From Pseudomonas phage PaBG: a stretch of 64,000 nt of DNA. Numbering within the stretch: the first letter of the stretch is position 1; each line of letters starts with the position of its first letter. Below, one piece after another: positions 36,131 to 46,224 of the stretch. A program made the position numbers and the translations under genes. The notes beneath the pieces are model-generated. The model worked only from the letters and a program-made list of their open reading frames with translations, made no database searches and had not been told where the DNA came from. Where the stretch lies: sequence record KF147891.1; one strand, 5' to 3'.

Positions 36131-36556
36131 TCAGCGGTCGACGAATGGGCCGATCACCGCCTTTGGGTGGCTGATATACATTGGGTCGATCAATGACGAA
36201 TCTTCACAGGCCAGTACGTCCATGTACTGGAAGCGCAGATTGTTGCCAAGTTCGTTGTTCTCGAACACGGTGACACCACATACGGAACCGAGCATACCAC
36301 GCCAGCGCAGCGCCCGGTAACGACTGAGACGAAAGGCTGGAAACGCATGATGCAGCGAGACCAGTTCGTCAAACTTGTCCTTGGACATTTCCACGTGCCT
36401 GAGTCTGACACGTCCACACTCGTTCTTCAACGCTTGTCGCTGCCCGTGAGTACGGAAAGCCCTGACAAGAATATCTGCCGCATCTTCGTGGTGCTTCTGG
36501 TTGAACCGTAGCTCAACCTGGACAGTATTACTGCTTACGTCCATACGTACCGCCAT
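36131..36556 (-). CDS. hypothetical protein (~141 aa)
   Basis: ATG 36556 with GGGGAA RBS. Confidence 0.45.
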   Translation of the reverse strand: MAVRMDVSSNTVQVELRFNQKHHEDAADILVRAFRTHGQRQALKNECGRVRLRHVEMSKDKFDELVSLHHAFPAFRLSRYRALRWRGMLGSVCGVTVFENNELGNNLRFQYMDVLACEDSSLIDPMYISHPKAVIGPFVDR

Positions 36557-36574
36557 GTTCGATTTCCCCATTTG

Positions 36575-36835
36575 TCAGTTCTTCACAGTTTCGCTGACTG
36601 CCTTCTTATTGGCACAGTACAGCTCATACTTCCGAAGTTGTTCCAGCGCATTTTCGTAGCTAACCTTCTCGCCGATGGACTTCGTGTATTTCTCACGGAA
36701 GACGCAATGGCTTTCACCGACCACCGGAAAGCCTCCAACGGTCAGTGTGCAGACCGTGGTGGTGCCACGGTACTGGAAGGTTGTGTTCTCGATGAGACCA
36801 AGCAAGTAGTCCCTTGTTATCAGCTTTGCATCCAT
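36575..36835 (-). CDS. hypothetical small protein (86 aa)
   Basis: ORF only, no clear RBS. Confidence 0.35.
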   Translation of the reverse strand: MDAKLITRDYLLGLIENTTFQYRGTTTVCTLTVGGFPVVGESHCVFREKYTKSIGEKVSYENALEQLRKYELYCANKKAVSETVKN

Positions 36836-39294
36836 TTTTGTGTACTCTCGTTGAACTCTGTGGCGTTCCCGTTTGTCACGTCACCTGCTGCTATTGGCTC
36901 ACCCGGGAACTGGAACGGGAAGTTCCACTTATCCACAGCAGTTGCGAGCTTAGCACCCATTGAATAATAGGTGGCCCATGTGACCAAGTCCTTAGAGGTA
37001 GTTACGTCGTGATACTCGCCGTAGTCAACGATGCGTTCGACCGAATCAACAACAGGTGTGATGGTCGGGTCGCCAAACGTGAAGGCAATGTCCCGAGCGA
37101 GGTCGGCTTGGGCGCGGTCCGTCAGTCCAGAGTCAACGAGCAGTTCGTTGCGTCCGTACATCAGGCCTACTTCTGCCGCCAGCTTACCCAAGTCCGAGAC
37201 TTGTGTAGCTGCTTCTGTGGGAGATACATGTCCGAAGGTGTTGATGTATGCGCGGGCTCCTTGTTCTACCAAGAGTTTGGCTGGATCGGTTTCACGCGAC
37301 CAGCGTTCGATATTGCGTGCGGTCTGATACGGATGGATCAGGATGTTGCGTCCGTCGTAACCCATACCGGTTGCACTGTACAAGAACGAGCCGCCAGCTT
37401 TAAGCAGCGGGTTCTCGATCACTTCCAGCTGTATGGGCAGCGGGACGGTGACAGTGCTCGGACTGATGCCGGCAGCACGCAGGTCATCGGCCCAAAGACC
37501 ACCATTCAGCACGTCGCCTACAATGGCACCTGCATTCACCCTACGTCCAGATGCGGCTGACACAATGTTGTGCATACGCACGCCAGTGATGTCGCTGCCG
37601 ATGTTCGTCACTCGGTTGATCGCGGTGTTCTTCAGGTACTCTGGGTTGTTGCGGTAACGCTCAATCTGGCGAGCAATTGCAACCGGATCGTTCTGGTTAC
37701 CTGCGATACCCTTGATGAAGTCGGCCGCGTACTTCTTGAGCGTCATGTACCCGTCGAGTGTGCCAGTGCCGTTGCTGTTTACCAGTTGGTTGCGCAACGG
37801 GCCTTGCGACTGTGCGAACTGGGCAACCGAGTTGCGCAGCTTGTCCTGTGTTGCGAACAGATTGCTCGGAACACCAGAGCGGTCGATCGGGTTCACAGGG
37901 ACAATCGGGTTCTTGTTCCCGAATTCCTTGAGAGCGTTGAGCGTGTTCGATGCGCCCTGCGCAGCAGGCACGGCCTTGGGCGTTGCCGTCGATACAGCAG
38001 GCGGCGTAGCCACGGTTGTCTCAGCCTGTGCCACCTGCTCTTCGGCGAGGTTGATCGGGCCGTTGTTTGCCTTAGCGTTCTGCTGGCTGCTCGATTTCTC
38101 AGCACCTGCTGCACTGCTTTCGCCTGTCTCCATGACAGCGGGACGGTACAGGTAGTAGATTTCGCTGTACTTGTGACCAGCTTTGATCCACATGGTCTTG
38201 CCGCCAATCAACCATTTGCCACCGAGCGCCTTGGAAGGCTTGAACTCTTGGTTGTCTTGGTCAGCGTGTTGATACTCGCAGCAGTCGAACGTGGTGACTT
38301 CCGTGTACTCATCGGACAGCAGGTTGATGCGCTCGCTGAACAGCGCCAGATACCGAGCGTTCTGGTACAACGCCTTCTCGTAATACTGGTGCAAGTTGGA
38401 TGCAGGCGCAGGTTCAGTGCCTGTGTCGAAGCCAGTGTAGTTGACCTTGGCGCCACGTTCTGCGACTTGGCCGCGCACGTCCTCGTTCACAGGAAGCGCC
38501 GAACCCAGCAGAGGAGCGTCCAGTGTCAGGGTGTTCAACTGGCCGCTGTTATTCAAGCTGTGCTCGTACTGCTTCTGACCGTAGTTCATCATGTGCGTGC
38601 CGAAGCCCGCGGACGACGCATCCTGAGTTTCGCGGATCACGACCGGAGTAGCTTTCGCTGCCTCTTCGGACGTGTTCTGCAACATGCTCCACTTCGGCTC
38701 TTTCTTGAGCACGTCGAACAAATCCTTGTACTTCAACTCGTAGTCCATGGTGACCAAGCGCGCCATGCACGTCTGGTTGCTGCCATAGCCGCGCATCGCC
38801 ACGTCTTCGCTGAACGCGCTGCGAGTTTTGTTGACGTTCAACCACGTCATCACGTCATCCGTGGACGTAGGTCCGTCGTACTTCAACCCGGCGCGAGCGG
38901 CGAGCTGCCCCATGACAGAGCTGCTGGTGCCGCGGAACGATTCGGTGAACACACCTGCTGTCCACTTGGGTGCGTCGAGAATGCACGTCACCACGAGCTT
39001 TGGACCTGCTGCCGTCGTCTCTTTCTTGAAGGAGAACACCCTGAACTTGCGGGTCACCGTCTTCTCACGGGTCTTGGCGAGCTTGATCGTAACCAGCGTA
39101 CCATCCTGCAGGTTCATATCCTCGGACAGGGTGCCGCGCTGATCGTTCAGGATCATTTGCAGCACCGGAATCGGGATAGCGAACCCGTCTTGGATGAAGA
39201 TGGTGTCCACGAAGTTCATCGTCGGAGGGACTCTCGATCCCTCAATATCTAGCGTGCAGTACGCGATGTTCTGCACATCCAATGTCGCTTCCAT
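36820..39294 (-). CDS. large tail/baseplate protein, gpD (late control D)-like hub candidate (824 aa)
   Basis: Position immediately after gpU-like and LysM gpX-like genes as in P2-type tail modules; sequence not directly recognisable. Confidence 0.4.
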   Translation of the reverse strand: MEATLDVQNIAYCTLDIEGSRVPPTMNFVDTIFIQDGFAIPIPVLQMILNDQRGTLSEDMNLQDGTLVTIKLAKTREKTVTRKFRVFSFKKETTAAGPKLVVTCILDAPKWTAGVFTESFRGTSSSVMGQLAARAGLKYDGPTSTDDVMTWLNVNKTRSAFSEDVAMRGYGSNQTCMARLVTMDYELKYKDLFDVLKKEPKWSMLQNTSEEAAKATPVVIRETQDASSAGFGTHMMNYGQKQYEHSLNNSGQLNTLTLDAPLLGSALPVNEDVRGQVAERGAKVNYTGFDTGTEPAPASNLHQYYEKALYQNARYLALFSERINLLSDEYTEVTTFDCCEYQHADQDNQEFKPSKALGGKWLIGGKTMWIKAGHKYSEIYYLYRPAVMETGESSAAGAEKSSSQQNAKANNGPINLAEEQVAQAETTVATPPAVSTATPKAVPAAQGASNTLNALKEFGNKNPIVPVNPIDRSGVPSNLFATQDKLRNSVAQFAQSQGPLRNQLVNSNGTGTLDGYMTLKKYAADFIKGIAGNQNDPVAIARQIERYRNNPEYLKNTAINRVTNIGSDITGVRMHNIVSAASGRRVNAGAIVGDVLNGGLWADDLRAAGISPSTVTVPLPIQLEVIENPLLKAGGSFLYSATGMGYDGRNILIHPYQTARNIERWSRETDPAKLLVEQGARAYINTFGHVSPTEAATQVSDLGKLAAEVGLMYGRNELLVDSGLTDRAQADLARDIAFTFGDPTITPVVDSVERIVDYGEYHDVTTSKDLVTWATYYSMGAKLATAVDKWNFPFQFPGEPIAAGDVTNGNATEFNESTQKWMQS

Positions 39295-39295
39295 G

Positions 39296-39631
39296 TCAGA
39301 TGCTCACTATGCGATTGCCTGTGGGCTGTTCGGAAAGAATTCCGTTGAGGGCCGAAACAACCAGGGCGAGGTTCGGAATCTTTAGTCGCATGCCTTCCTT
39401 GACAGCGAACATGTCGGCGATGTCGTTGTAAATCTGGATGACTCGCCAGTATTCCTCGTTGAGGTAGGCGTTGTACGCGATCAAAGGCAAGTTGAACTGC
39501 TCACCAGCCTTGACCGTGTAATACTGGAACGAAGTTACGCCACGAATAGCCTCGAAAGACTTGTCGCGCAACGGGTCCACGCCAAACTCATCGATGACAG
39601 CAAAGGTTCGGGCGCGTGTGATGTCAGCCAT
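39296..39631 (-). CDS. tail protein X-like (LysM-like) (111 aa)
   Basis: YTVKAGEQFNLPLIAYNAYLNEEYWRVIQIYN...VKEGMRLKIP resembles LysM / P2 gpX; GGAGGTG RBS. Confidence 0.5.
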   Translation of the reverse strand: MADITRARTFAVIDEFGVDPLRDKSFEAIRGVTSFQYYTVKAGEQFNLPLIAYNAYLNEEYWRVIQIYNDIADMFAVKEGMRLKIPNLALVVSALNGILSEQPTGNRIVSI

Positions 39632-40377
39632 TAAGCACCTCCACCAGCACCAGCGCCACCACCAAGAGAAGGAGCGAAGAATCGATCCAAGTCCTCCTGC
39701 GTTGTGGTGAAGAAGCTGATCACCGAGACGTTGATGGTCACGCCGATCGGATTACCTTCTCGGTCGAACTGGGTATCGAACGTCTCCGTCACGTTGTCGA
39801 TAATGCACGGTGACATCGTGAAGAACTGGCCGATGTTTACCGTAATCATATCGCCAGCTACGCCACCCGAATTCGGGGCACGCATGTACGGACCGGGCGC
39901 TCGCAGGAATTGCCCAGCGTATTCACTAGGCGCAACCAGCTTCATCAGGTCACGCATCTTCTTGACGACCTCTTCGCGCGGATTCTCATACGCCTGAATG
40001 ACGAATGGGATGTCCAGCTTCATCATCGAGCCGCCAGTCCACACGCCGCCCGACAGCCACTTGTTCAGAGTGGTGAAGCCGGTTGCCGCAGTTACGCCCG
40101 TAGACGCAATGTCAGCAGCTTTACCCGGAAGACCACCTGCACCTGTAGCGAAGTTGGACAGAGGTTGGTTGAACGGGTTATCCCACGACGTTGCAAGCGA
40201 GAGCATGTAGTTCTCAGGCAAGGGAGTGTCGATGCGGAGAAACTCCGCACCATCACGTTGCACGATTAGCTCTGCCCGATAGATCGGTGGGACGTTGGGT
40301 TTGACTGCACCTACGCGACCTGCGGGGTTTTCCGCAAAGAGCAACGTAGGCGAGTGCATACTTCCAATTTCTGCCAT
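39631..40377 (-). CDS. tail protein, gpU-position (248 aa)
   Basis: Directly downstream of tape measure; Gly-rich tail GGGAGAGGGA. Confidence 0.4.
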   Translation of the reverse strand: MAEIGSMHSPTLLFAENPAGRVGAVKPNVPPIYRAELIVQRDGAEFLRIDTPLPENYMLSLATSWDNPFNQPLSNFATGAGGLPGKAADIASTGVTAATGFTTLNKWLSGGVWTGGSMMKLDIPFVIQAYENPREEVVKKMRDLMKLVAPSEYAGQFLRAPGPYMRAPNSGGVAGDMITVNIGQFFTMSPCIIDNVTETFDTQFDREGNPIGVTINVSVISFFTTTQEDLDRFFAPSLGGGAGAGGGA

Positions 40378-43300
40378 CAGATATACCCCGTCTGGAGAAG
40401 TACCAGACCAGAATCGCTAATGACCGCAGGTGCGTCGTCCAGCGTCTGACGAATCGAGTTACCCTCAGATACGCCGCGCGCGGAGATACGCTCACCTGCA
40501 GGCTTAAAGCGATCAGGCATCATGGTATTTTGTTGTTTAGGCTCAAGCGCCATGACCGTCTTCACCGGCTCGTACGGAGTGCGCTCAACGGGCTCAGCGC
40601 TACCACCGACAGAGGTCACAGGACTAGGCGTTGCTGCTGCGGCTGTCGAAACAGCACCAGCGGGCACAGGTGCGGAAAGCGCACTCGCCTGCGGCGAAAC
40701 ATCTGACCCTGTGTAGAACCCAGGGTTGGCTGGGCTGTTCAATGGGACATTCTGTGACGACGCAGGCGCCGTAACAACTGGAGAGTTGGCTTGTGACGAC
40801 GGCAGCTGGGGCTTGTCCGCAGGGTTTGCAACTGGTGCGGTAGCCACGTCCGATGTAGTCTGCGAAGACAACGGAGACTGGTAGTTGGCAAACGGCACTG
40901 GAGGCGTCGAATTGATACCCTTACCGTTACCAGACATCGCAGAGTCGATTTGCGCCTGCGCACCAGCATACCCGGAAGCAATCTCGGACGCCCAGCCTTC
41001 AGGCAATCCCATACCTGCAATACCGCTCGCAACGCCTGCAACTGCACCAGCAACCTTGGACAACATACCGCTGCCGGTCTGCGTCGTTTGTGCTGCCAGA
41101 TTCGTCACATTGGGTACAGCAGGCATTGCAGAAGACACAGCACTCGTGGCCGCTGCCGTAGTCGCAAGCGCGGCAGCCGTCGTAGACATTGCTTGGTTTG
41201 CATCCGCCACGATTGGCTTAGCAGCATCCGCAGCGATCTGAGCAGCTTGTGTCGTTGCATCGGCGACGTTGACACCTGTGTCGGTTGCCTGAGTCGTCTT
41301 ACCTGTTGCCTGGTTCACCGCAGTTGCGACTGTGTTGCTGATCTGGTCTGGCGTAAGTGGCTTGTCGGACTGCACAGTAGCCGTCACTGGCTTGATCGAC
41401 GCAGCAGCTTGCGTGGCTGTTTGTCCAGAGTCGTTCGCCGCCATTGGGAAAACTAGAGGCGTTGTAGGTACAACGGATGCACCGGACACTGGAGCGTTTG
41501 CTTTGGCTGCTTCCGCTGCTGCCTGCTCTTCCGGGGTACCCGCGGCTGCATCATAGATTGCACCACCGGCTTCGGAACCTCCCCAGTACCCGAGGGCGCC
41601 ACCACCAAGACCTCCGATGAATCCGCCGATAGCCGCACCCGGGACAGCACCCACTCCGAAGAAGAAGGAGCCAATGCCGGCACCAAGGGCAGCACCGCCT
41701 GCGGCACCCGCCTTAGCACCAACAATCATACCGGCTGTGCCACCAGCAAGCTCACTGCCAGCGCGCTCTTTCTCGGCACGGGTGGCCTCTTCGTCCATCA
41801 GGATAGAAGCGCCTTCTGCTGCGGTGATAGCAGGCCCAACGTATGGGATTGCCTTACCGACGGTCCTAGCTGTGCCTTTAAGCAAGCCCTTGCCTGCGCC
41901 CTTCTCAGCAGCTTCTAAAACAGGAGCAGCCGCGGACGAAGCAGGCGTTGGCGTAACGCGCGGAGCCTCCAGATCAATCTTCGGAGGTGTCCGCGTCCGA
42001 GTCATGAAGTCGCCTGGGCCACCTACCCCGTCATCCGGAAGGGCGCCTGCTTCGGCAGTCGTCTCATCCGATTTCATCGGAGCGAGTAGCGGTGGGACAG
42101 TGGGTGTGGTGCTTGTTACTTCACCTGCAGGCTTCATCGGGGCGAGCATCGCCGGCACTTGCGGTGTCGTAGTAGAAGGATGACTAGCAGCCGCAGCTTG
42201 CGTGCCTGTCACACCCTCAGCGCCAGTCAGCGCTTCCTGTTTCTTCTCATCCTCACCATTCGCTTTGGCTTGCAGCTCTTGCGTGTTCAACGCCAGCAGC
42301 TTCGCCTTCTCCCGAGCTGTGCGGTTAGCAATCGACTGCTGTACGTTAGGTGCCGAGGATCGGAAATACTGACCGACTGTTGCGCGCTTGTAGTCCTGCA
42401 CGGCGATGATCAGGTCAGCATCGCTCATTCCAGCGACGTTTTTCCCTTTCAAAGCGTTGGCGATAATCGAGGTGCTACCGCCATACTGCACGCCTGTCGA
42501 GTACAGCATTTCCTGCACAGCCTTGCCGCGCGTGGACATATCGACACCGGTCGAACGGCTAACCTTCTCCAGCTGCGGCTGATAGTGCGTACGGGCAATG
42601 TAGTCGCCCTGCGCCTTCTCAAAGCCGGCTGCGTCGCGCTGTGCGATTTCACGGTACTTCTGCGTGAACTGGGCACTACCCGGCTGCATGCCTGCAAACT
42701 CGGCTGCATACTTCTGCCCTTCTTGGGAGTTCAGGAAGCGCGACATACTGCCGTTACGCGAAGCCAGCTGGTGCTTGCCATAAGACACGCCACCATGATC
42801 GCCCTTGCCGGACGAGACAGTGAACACGCCTTTGTTACCTGACTCTTCGGAAGCACTGATGCTGCCGAGACCGGAGTAGTTGACCGTACCAGACAGTACA
42901 GGGTTGTATCCGTAGTCGTTCTGCTTGCCTGCGGGGGTCGGGAACACACTGCCCTGAGAGGACTGAGAGGTCCAACCAGTGGGCATGTACGCGCCACCCG
43001 AGTACGGGTTGTACATCTGGTTCGCGTAGTGCTGCCACGGAACATTGCTACCCATACCGCCCATGGCACCCAACATGTGGGCACCGCCATTCATGGCTTG
43101 GCGCTTCGGGTCTATATCGGAGCCTTCTTCCTCGTCTCCAGTGATCCAGTCCCAAAGTTCGCTACCGCCATACGCTACACCGCCGAGCAGCGCTGCGATG
43201 GCTGCGGCTTTACCTCCGCGAGGCAGTTTGATGCGCGAACCAGCACCACCGCCTCCGATGCGAGCTTTGATCTTGTCCCACATACCTGGGGAACCAGCGC

Positions 43301-43907
43301 GACCACTGCGGCCAGTCCTACCACTGCGACCCCCACGGCCGCTGCGACCTCCGCGCCCACCGCGGCGATTTCCACGACCGCCGAGCAAGTCACCTAGACC
43401 ACCACCGAGGCCACCGAACAGATCACCAAGGATGCTGCCCATCTTGTCGATCATGCCGTCTTCAGGAGTGCCGAAGTACGGATCGTTGGCTTCACCTTTG
43501 GCAAACTGCTGGTAGTTCGGGCTGAGCTTGTTCTGCTCCTTGGTCAGCAACTGCAGGATTTGCTCCATGGTCTGATGGACCTGGCGCATCGTCATTGCTT
43601 GCTGCTTGGCCAGACCTGCCTGTTGGTGCATCAGCTTGGTCTGTTGGTTGGCAGCATCCAGTTGCTTATCACCGGTGAGCGCTGCACGCTGTTGCGTCTT
43701 GAGCGCCTGTGTAGCCTGATTCGATGCTTTGACCGTATGCTCTTGGCGCTTAGAGTACGAACCAAAGACGGCGCCACGCTTACCTTTGCTGGATGCGTTG
43801 CGAACGTCAACAACGTCTTTCTGATCGTAGGACATATCCTGCATCAGGTCAGACGACTGCTGGAACTTCTCCTGCACGCCTTTCATTTTCTCAAGTGCGG
43901 ACGCCAT
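40377..43907 (-). CDS. tail tape measure protein with lysozyme-like (GH108-like) domain (1176 aa)
   Basis: Position between tube/chaperone-like genes and gpU/X/D-like genes; Q-rich helical N-terminus, RGG repeats, GDHGGVSYGKHQLA motif, glycine-zipper TM segment (GAALGAGIGSFFFGVGAVPGAAIGGFIGGLGGGALGYWGG). Confidence 0.6.
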   Translation of the reverse strand: MASALEKMKGVQEKFQQSSDLMQDMSYDQKDVVDVRNASSKGKRGAVFGSYSKRQEHTVKASNQATQALKTQQRAALTGDKQLDAANQQTKLMHQQAGLAKQQAMTMRQVHQTMEQILQLLTKEQNKLSPNYQQFAKGEANDPYFGTPEDGMIDKMGSILGDLFGGLGGGLGDLLGGRGNRRGGRGGRSGRGGRSGRTGRSGRAGSPGMWDKIKARIGGGGAGSRIKLPRGGKAAAIAALLGGVAYGGSELWDWITGDEEEGSDIDPKRQAMNGGAHMLGAMGGMGSNVPWQHYANQMYNPYSGGAYMPTGWTSQSSQGSVFPTPAGKQNDYGYNPVLSGTVNYSGLGSISASEESGNKGVFTVSSGKGDHGGVSYGKHQLASRNGSMSRFLNSQEGQKYAAEFAGMQPGSAQFTQKYREIAQRDAAGFEKAQGDYIARTHYQPQLEKVSRSTGVDMSTRGKAVQEMLYSTGVQYGGSTSIIANALKGKNVAGMSDADLIIAVQDYKRATVGQYFRSSAPNVQQSIANRTAREKAKLLALNTQELQAKANGEDEKKQEALTGAEGVTGTQAAAASHPSTTTPQVPAMLAPMKPAGEVTSTTPTVPPLLAPMKSDETTAEAGALPDDGVGGPGDFMTRTRTPPKIDLEAPRVTPTPASSAAAPVLEAAEKGAGKGLLKGTARTVGKAIPYVGPAITAAEGASILMDEEATRAEKERAGSELAGGTAGMIVGAKAGAAGGAALGAGIGSFFFGVGAVPGAAIGGFIGGLGGGALGYWGGSEAGGAIYDAAAGTPEEQAAAEAAKANAPVSGASVVPTTPLVFPMAANDSGQTATQAAASIKPVTATVQSDKPLTPDQISNTVATAVNQATGKTTQATDTGVNVADATTQAAQIAADAAKPIVADANQAMSTTAAALATTAAATSAVSSAMPAVPNVTNLAAQTTQTGSGMLSKVAGAVAGVASGIAGMGLPEGWASEIASGYAGAQAQIDSAMSGNGKGINSTPPVPFANYQSPLSSQTTSDVATAPVANPADKPQLPSSQANSPVVTAPASSQNVPLNSPANPGFYTGSDVSPQASALSAPVPAGAVSTAAAATPSPVTSVGGSAEPVERTPYEPVKTVMALEPKQQNTMMPDRFKPAGERISARGVSEGNSIRQTLDDAPAVISDSGLVLLQTGYI

Positions 43908-43918
43908 GATGCCTTCCT

Positions 43919-44866
43919 TTATGCCAAGGGCTTGAAGCCGTTCTTCCGCTCAGCGGCGTCACGTCTGTCCTTGGCAAGGCTGCTGTAGTTGAACAGGAAG
44001 AGCTTGGCAGGCATGTTCATGTCGAACGGCATACCGAACTCTGACAGCAGGTTGTATTGGATTTTGAAGATGTCCTCTTCCGTGTTGTCGGCGAAGAACG
44101 AAAGGATGTGCGGTGCTGTTTGGTGCTCCCAGCGATGGTCGCAAACACGGCAGCGCAGGTTCATAACCTCGATCACACCATGATGGTAGCGCTTTCTGCA
44201 TTCTTGGATGCGCTCATACAGGTCGTTATCCCGCATGTTCAGCAGATACACCATCTTGGCACGGAACGTCGAACCTTTCTTTACCCAACGCGCGCACTCA
44301 GCCATGTGGCGGTCGTGCGGGTTTTCTTCAACGTGCATGTGGAAGTCAGACATTGTGGCGACACGCGGAAAGTCGATGTCGTCGTATGGCAGATACAGGT
44401 CGTCATCATCCAGACTGACAATCTTCGTGCGATACGCCTGCACCGTCTCCACGTTGTTCGTTTGGCACACCTCAAGCTCGATGCCTTTGAGAGCCATGTC
44501 TCTCGGGCTTAGCTTTGGTCCACGCCAGAAGTCGCGCCCTTTCTTGTAGACAAGGTTCTCCTTCATGCACTTCCAATTGACCTGCAGGGGAGCTTTTGGA
44601 TAGCTGTGCATCCGCAACCATGCCAGCAGAAACTCGAAGTCGCCGTCGGTCAGTTCTCCAACTGGGACTGTACAGCAGTGCTGCACGGCACGGACTATAT
44701 GCTCGATTGGCTTGGTCCGACTGTGCATACCAATGTACAGGAGCTTCAACTCGGCGAGCGTGAACTCGCGGACGTATAGCTCCTTGAATCCGTACGGCGT
44801 GAATCCTGTAGGCAAGTCTCCGATGTTGACGAAACGCACGTCCAACGCGGGAGGCTGCATCGTCAT
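43919..44866 (-). CDS. tail-module paralogue 2 with C-terminal Cys motif (315 aa)
   Basis: Shares LTxGDFxxLLAW(L/Q)R(M/I)HS, NW(K/E)C, DFPR(V/C)AT and C-terminal CxxC(D/G)H(R/K) with adjacent gene. Confidence 0.5.
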   Translation of the reverse strand: MTMQPPALDVRFVNIGDLPTGFTPYGFKELYVREFTLAELKLLYIGMHSRTKPIEHIVRAVQHCCTVPVGELTDGDFEFLLAWLRMHSYPKAPLQVNWKCMKENLVYKKGRDFWRGPKLSPRDMALKGIELEVCQTNNVETVQAYRTKIVSLDDDDLYLPYDDIDFPRVATMSDFHMHVEENPHDRHMAECARWVKKGSTFRAKMVYLLNMRDNDLYERIQECRKRYHHGVIEVMNLRCRVCDHRWEHQTAPHILSFFADNTEEDIFKIQYNLLSEFGMPFDMNMPAKLFLFNYSSLAKDRRDAAERKNGFKPLA

Positions 44867-45648
44867 AGGAAGAACGCTCGCGGGTCAATGGTGAAGGTCA
44901 GCGGATGCTTATGTCCGCACGCGGCGCACTCTTTGTTAAAGGTGCGCAGGATGCCGTGCTTGATGTCACGGTTTGCTTCACACGCCAGCTCCAGCAGCTC
45001 GGTATCTTCCGAGTCCAGGAGCATTTGAATGCGCTCTTGCAGGGTACCTGGGTGCTTGATCCACTGCGCAGCTTCTGCCAGCATACCCACGTCTGGGTCG
45101 CGCTGGAGCTTGACGAACTCGGCGAGCGTGGCACAGCGAGGGAAGTCGAGGCGTGGGTCCAGAACAACGTCAGCATCCAGCTTGACGTAGGAGAAGTCGC
45201 TCATCTTGACTTCGGTGTAGTTCTGGTGGTTGCACTGATCGCCGTCGAGAATGATCTTGTCTGGGTCGCGCAGTTCCTTACGCGCTTCCTCGTCAGCACT
45301 CTCCCAGTTTTCGACCATGACTTGCAGGCTACGTGGCGTCAGTACCTCATCAGTACCTCGCACAACGAACACCGCCCCAGGGCACTCCCAATTCGTGAAG
45401 ACGGGATTGCGCTTGAGGCTGTGAATGCGCTGCCAAGCCAGCAGGTAGAAGAAGTCGCCAGTGGTCAATTGGTTGACGTCCAGGTTGGACATACACTGAC
45501 CCATCGCATCGATGGCCGGCTGGTAGTCGTCGAGCATGACTGACTTGGACATCAGTGCCAATTGCTTGGGGCGAAACTCGCGCAGGTCGATCTGCTTGAC
45601 AGGATATGGGCGAGTTACGGACGGGAGATTCGTTTCGTCGAAGATCAT
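44863..45648 (-). CDS. tail-module paralogue 1 with C-terminal Cys motif (261 aa)
   Basis: AGGAA RBS; paralogous to 43919-44866. Confidence 0.5.
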   Translation of the reverse strand: MIFDETNLPSVTRPYPVKQIDLREFRPKQLALMSKSVMLDDYQPAIDAMGQCMSNLDVNQLTTGDFFYLLAWQRIHSLKRNPVFTNWECPGAVFVVRGTDEVLTPRSLQVMVENWESADEEARKELRDPDKIILDGDQCNHQNYTEVKMSDFSYVKLDADVVLDPRLDFPRCATLAEFVKLQRDPDVGMLAEAAQWIKHPGTLQERIQMLLDSEDTELLELACEANRDIKHGILRTFNKECAACGHKHPLTFTIDPRAFFL

Positions 45649-45660
45649 TTCTGGATTCCT

Positions 45661-46164
45661 TTAGGCCGTGAGCTTGATTCCATCACACGAGAAGTTTTGG
45701 TGCACCTTGATCAGTCCATTGGTCGAGGTGTAGTTCAAATCCCAGTTGCCCTTTGTGCTGGGCCAGCAGTTCTTGCACGTCGCCGTTAGAATGGGCGAGT
45801 TGTTGTTGCTCAACAACTGAAACACGAGGTCGTGCTTGTAGTTGGTAGGCAGGTAGAAGGCACCAGTTTCAGGATCGCGGATGCGTTCCTTCCACGATGT
45901 CAGCCACTTCATTGTGCGCAGCGCTTCGTCTTCGTGGAACTGGCAATCGAATGCCTGAATCTCCTCGAAGCCTGGGTAGTAGGTGAACGTACCAGCGCCG
46001 AACAAGGGCTTGATGTTGAACGACGGGAACGGCAGGCTAACTGACTCGCAGTAGTCAGTGTCCATGCCAAAGGGCAAGCTGATGCAGTGCCACTTCCAGT
46101 CGTGGATCGGCTGTCTGTCTCCGGACCGCCGTTGTACAAATTCTTCGATGTCGTAAATGGGCAT
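45661..46164 (-). CDS. hypothetical tail-module protein (167 aa)
   Basis: ORF right after tube-gene terminator. Confidence 0.45.
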   Translation of the reverse strand: MPIYDIEEFVQRRSGDRQPIHDWKWHCISLPFGMDTDYCESVSLPFPSFNIKPLFGAGTFTYYPGFEEIQAFDCQFHEDEALRTMKWLTSWKERIRDPETGAFYLPTNYKHDLVFQLLSNNNSPILTATCKNCWPSTKGNWDLNYTSTNGLIKVHQNFSCDGIKLTA

Positions 46165-46180
46165 GCTGCACCCCGCAGAA

Positions 46181-46224
46181 AGGAAAAAGGCCCTGAGCCC
46201 GTTACCGAGCTAGGGCCCATTTCA
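46181..46224 (-). terminator. intrinsic terminator after tail tube gene
   Basis: GGCCCT(G)AGC stem with 10-nt loop, preceded by cagaaaggaaaaa. Confidence 0.6.
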
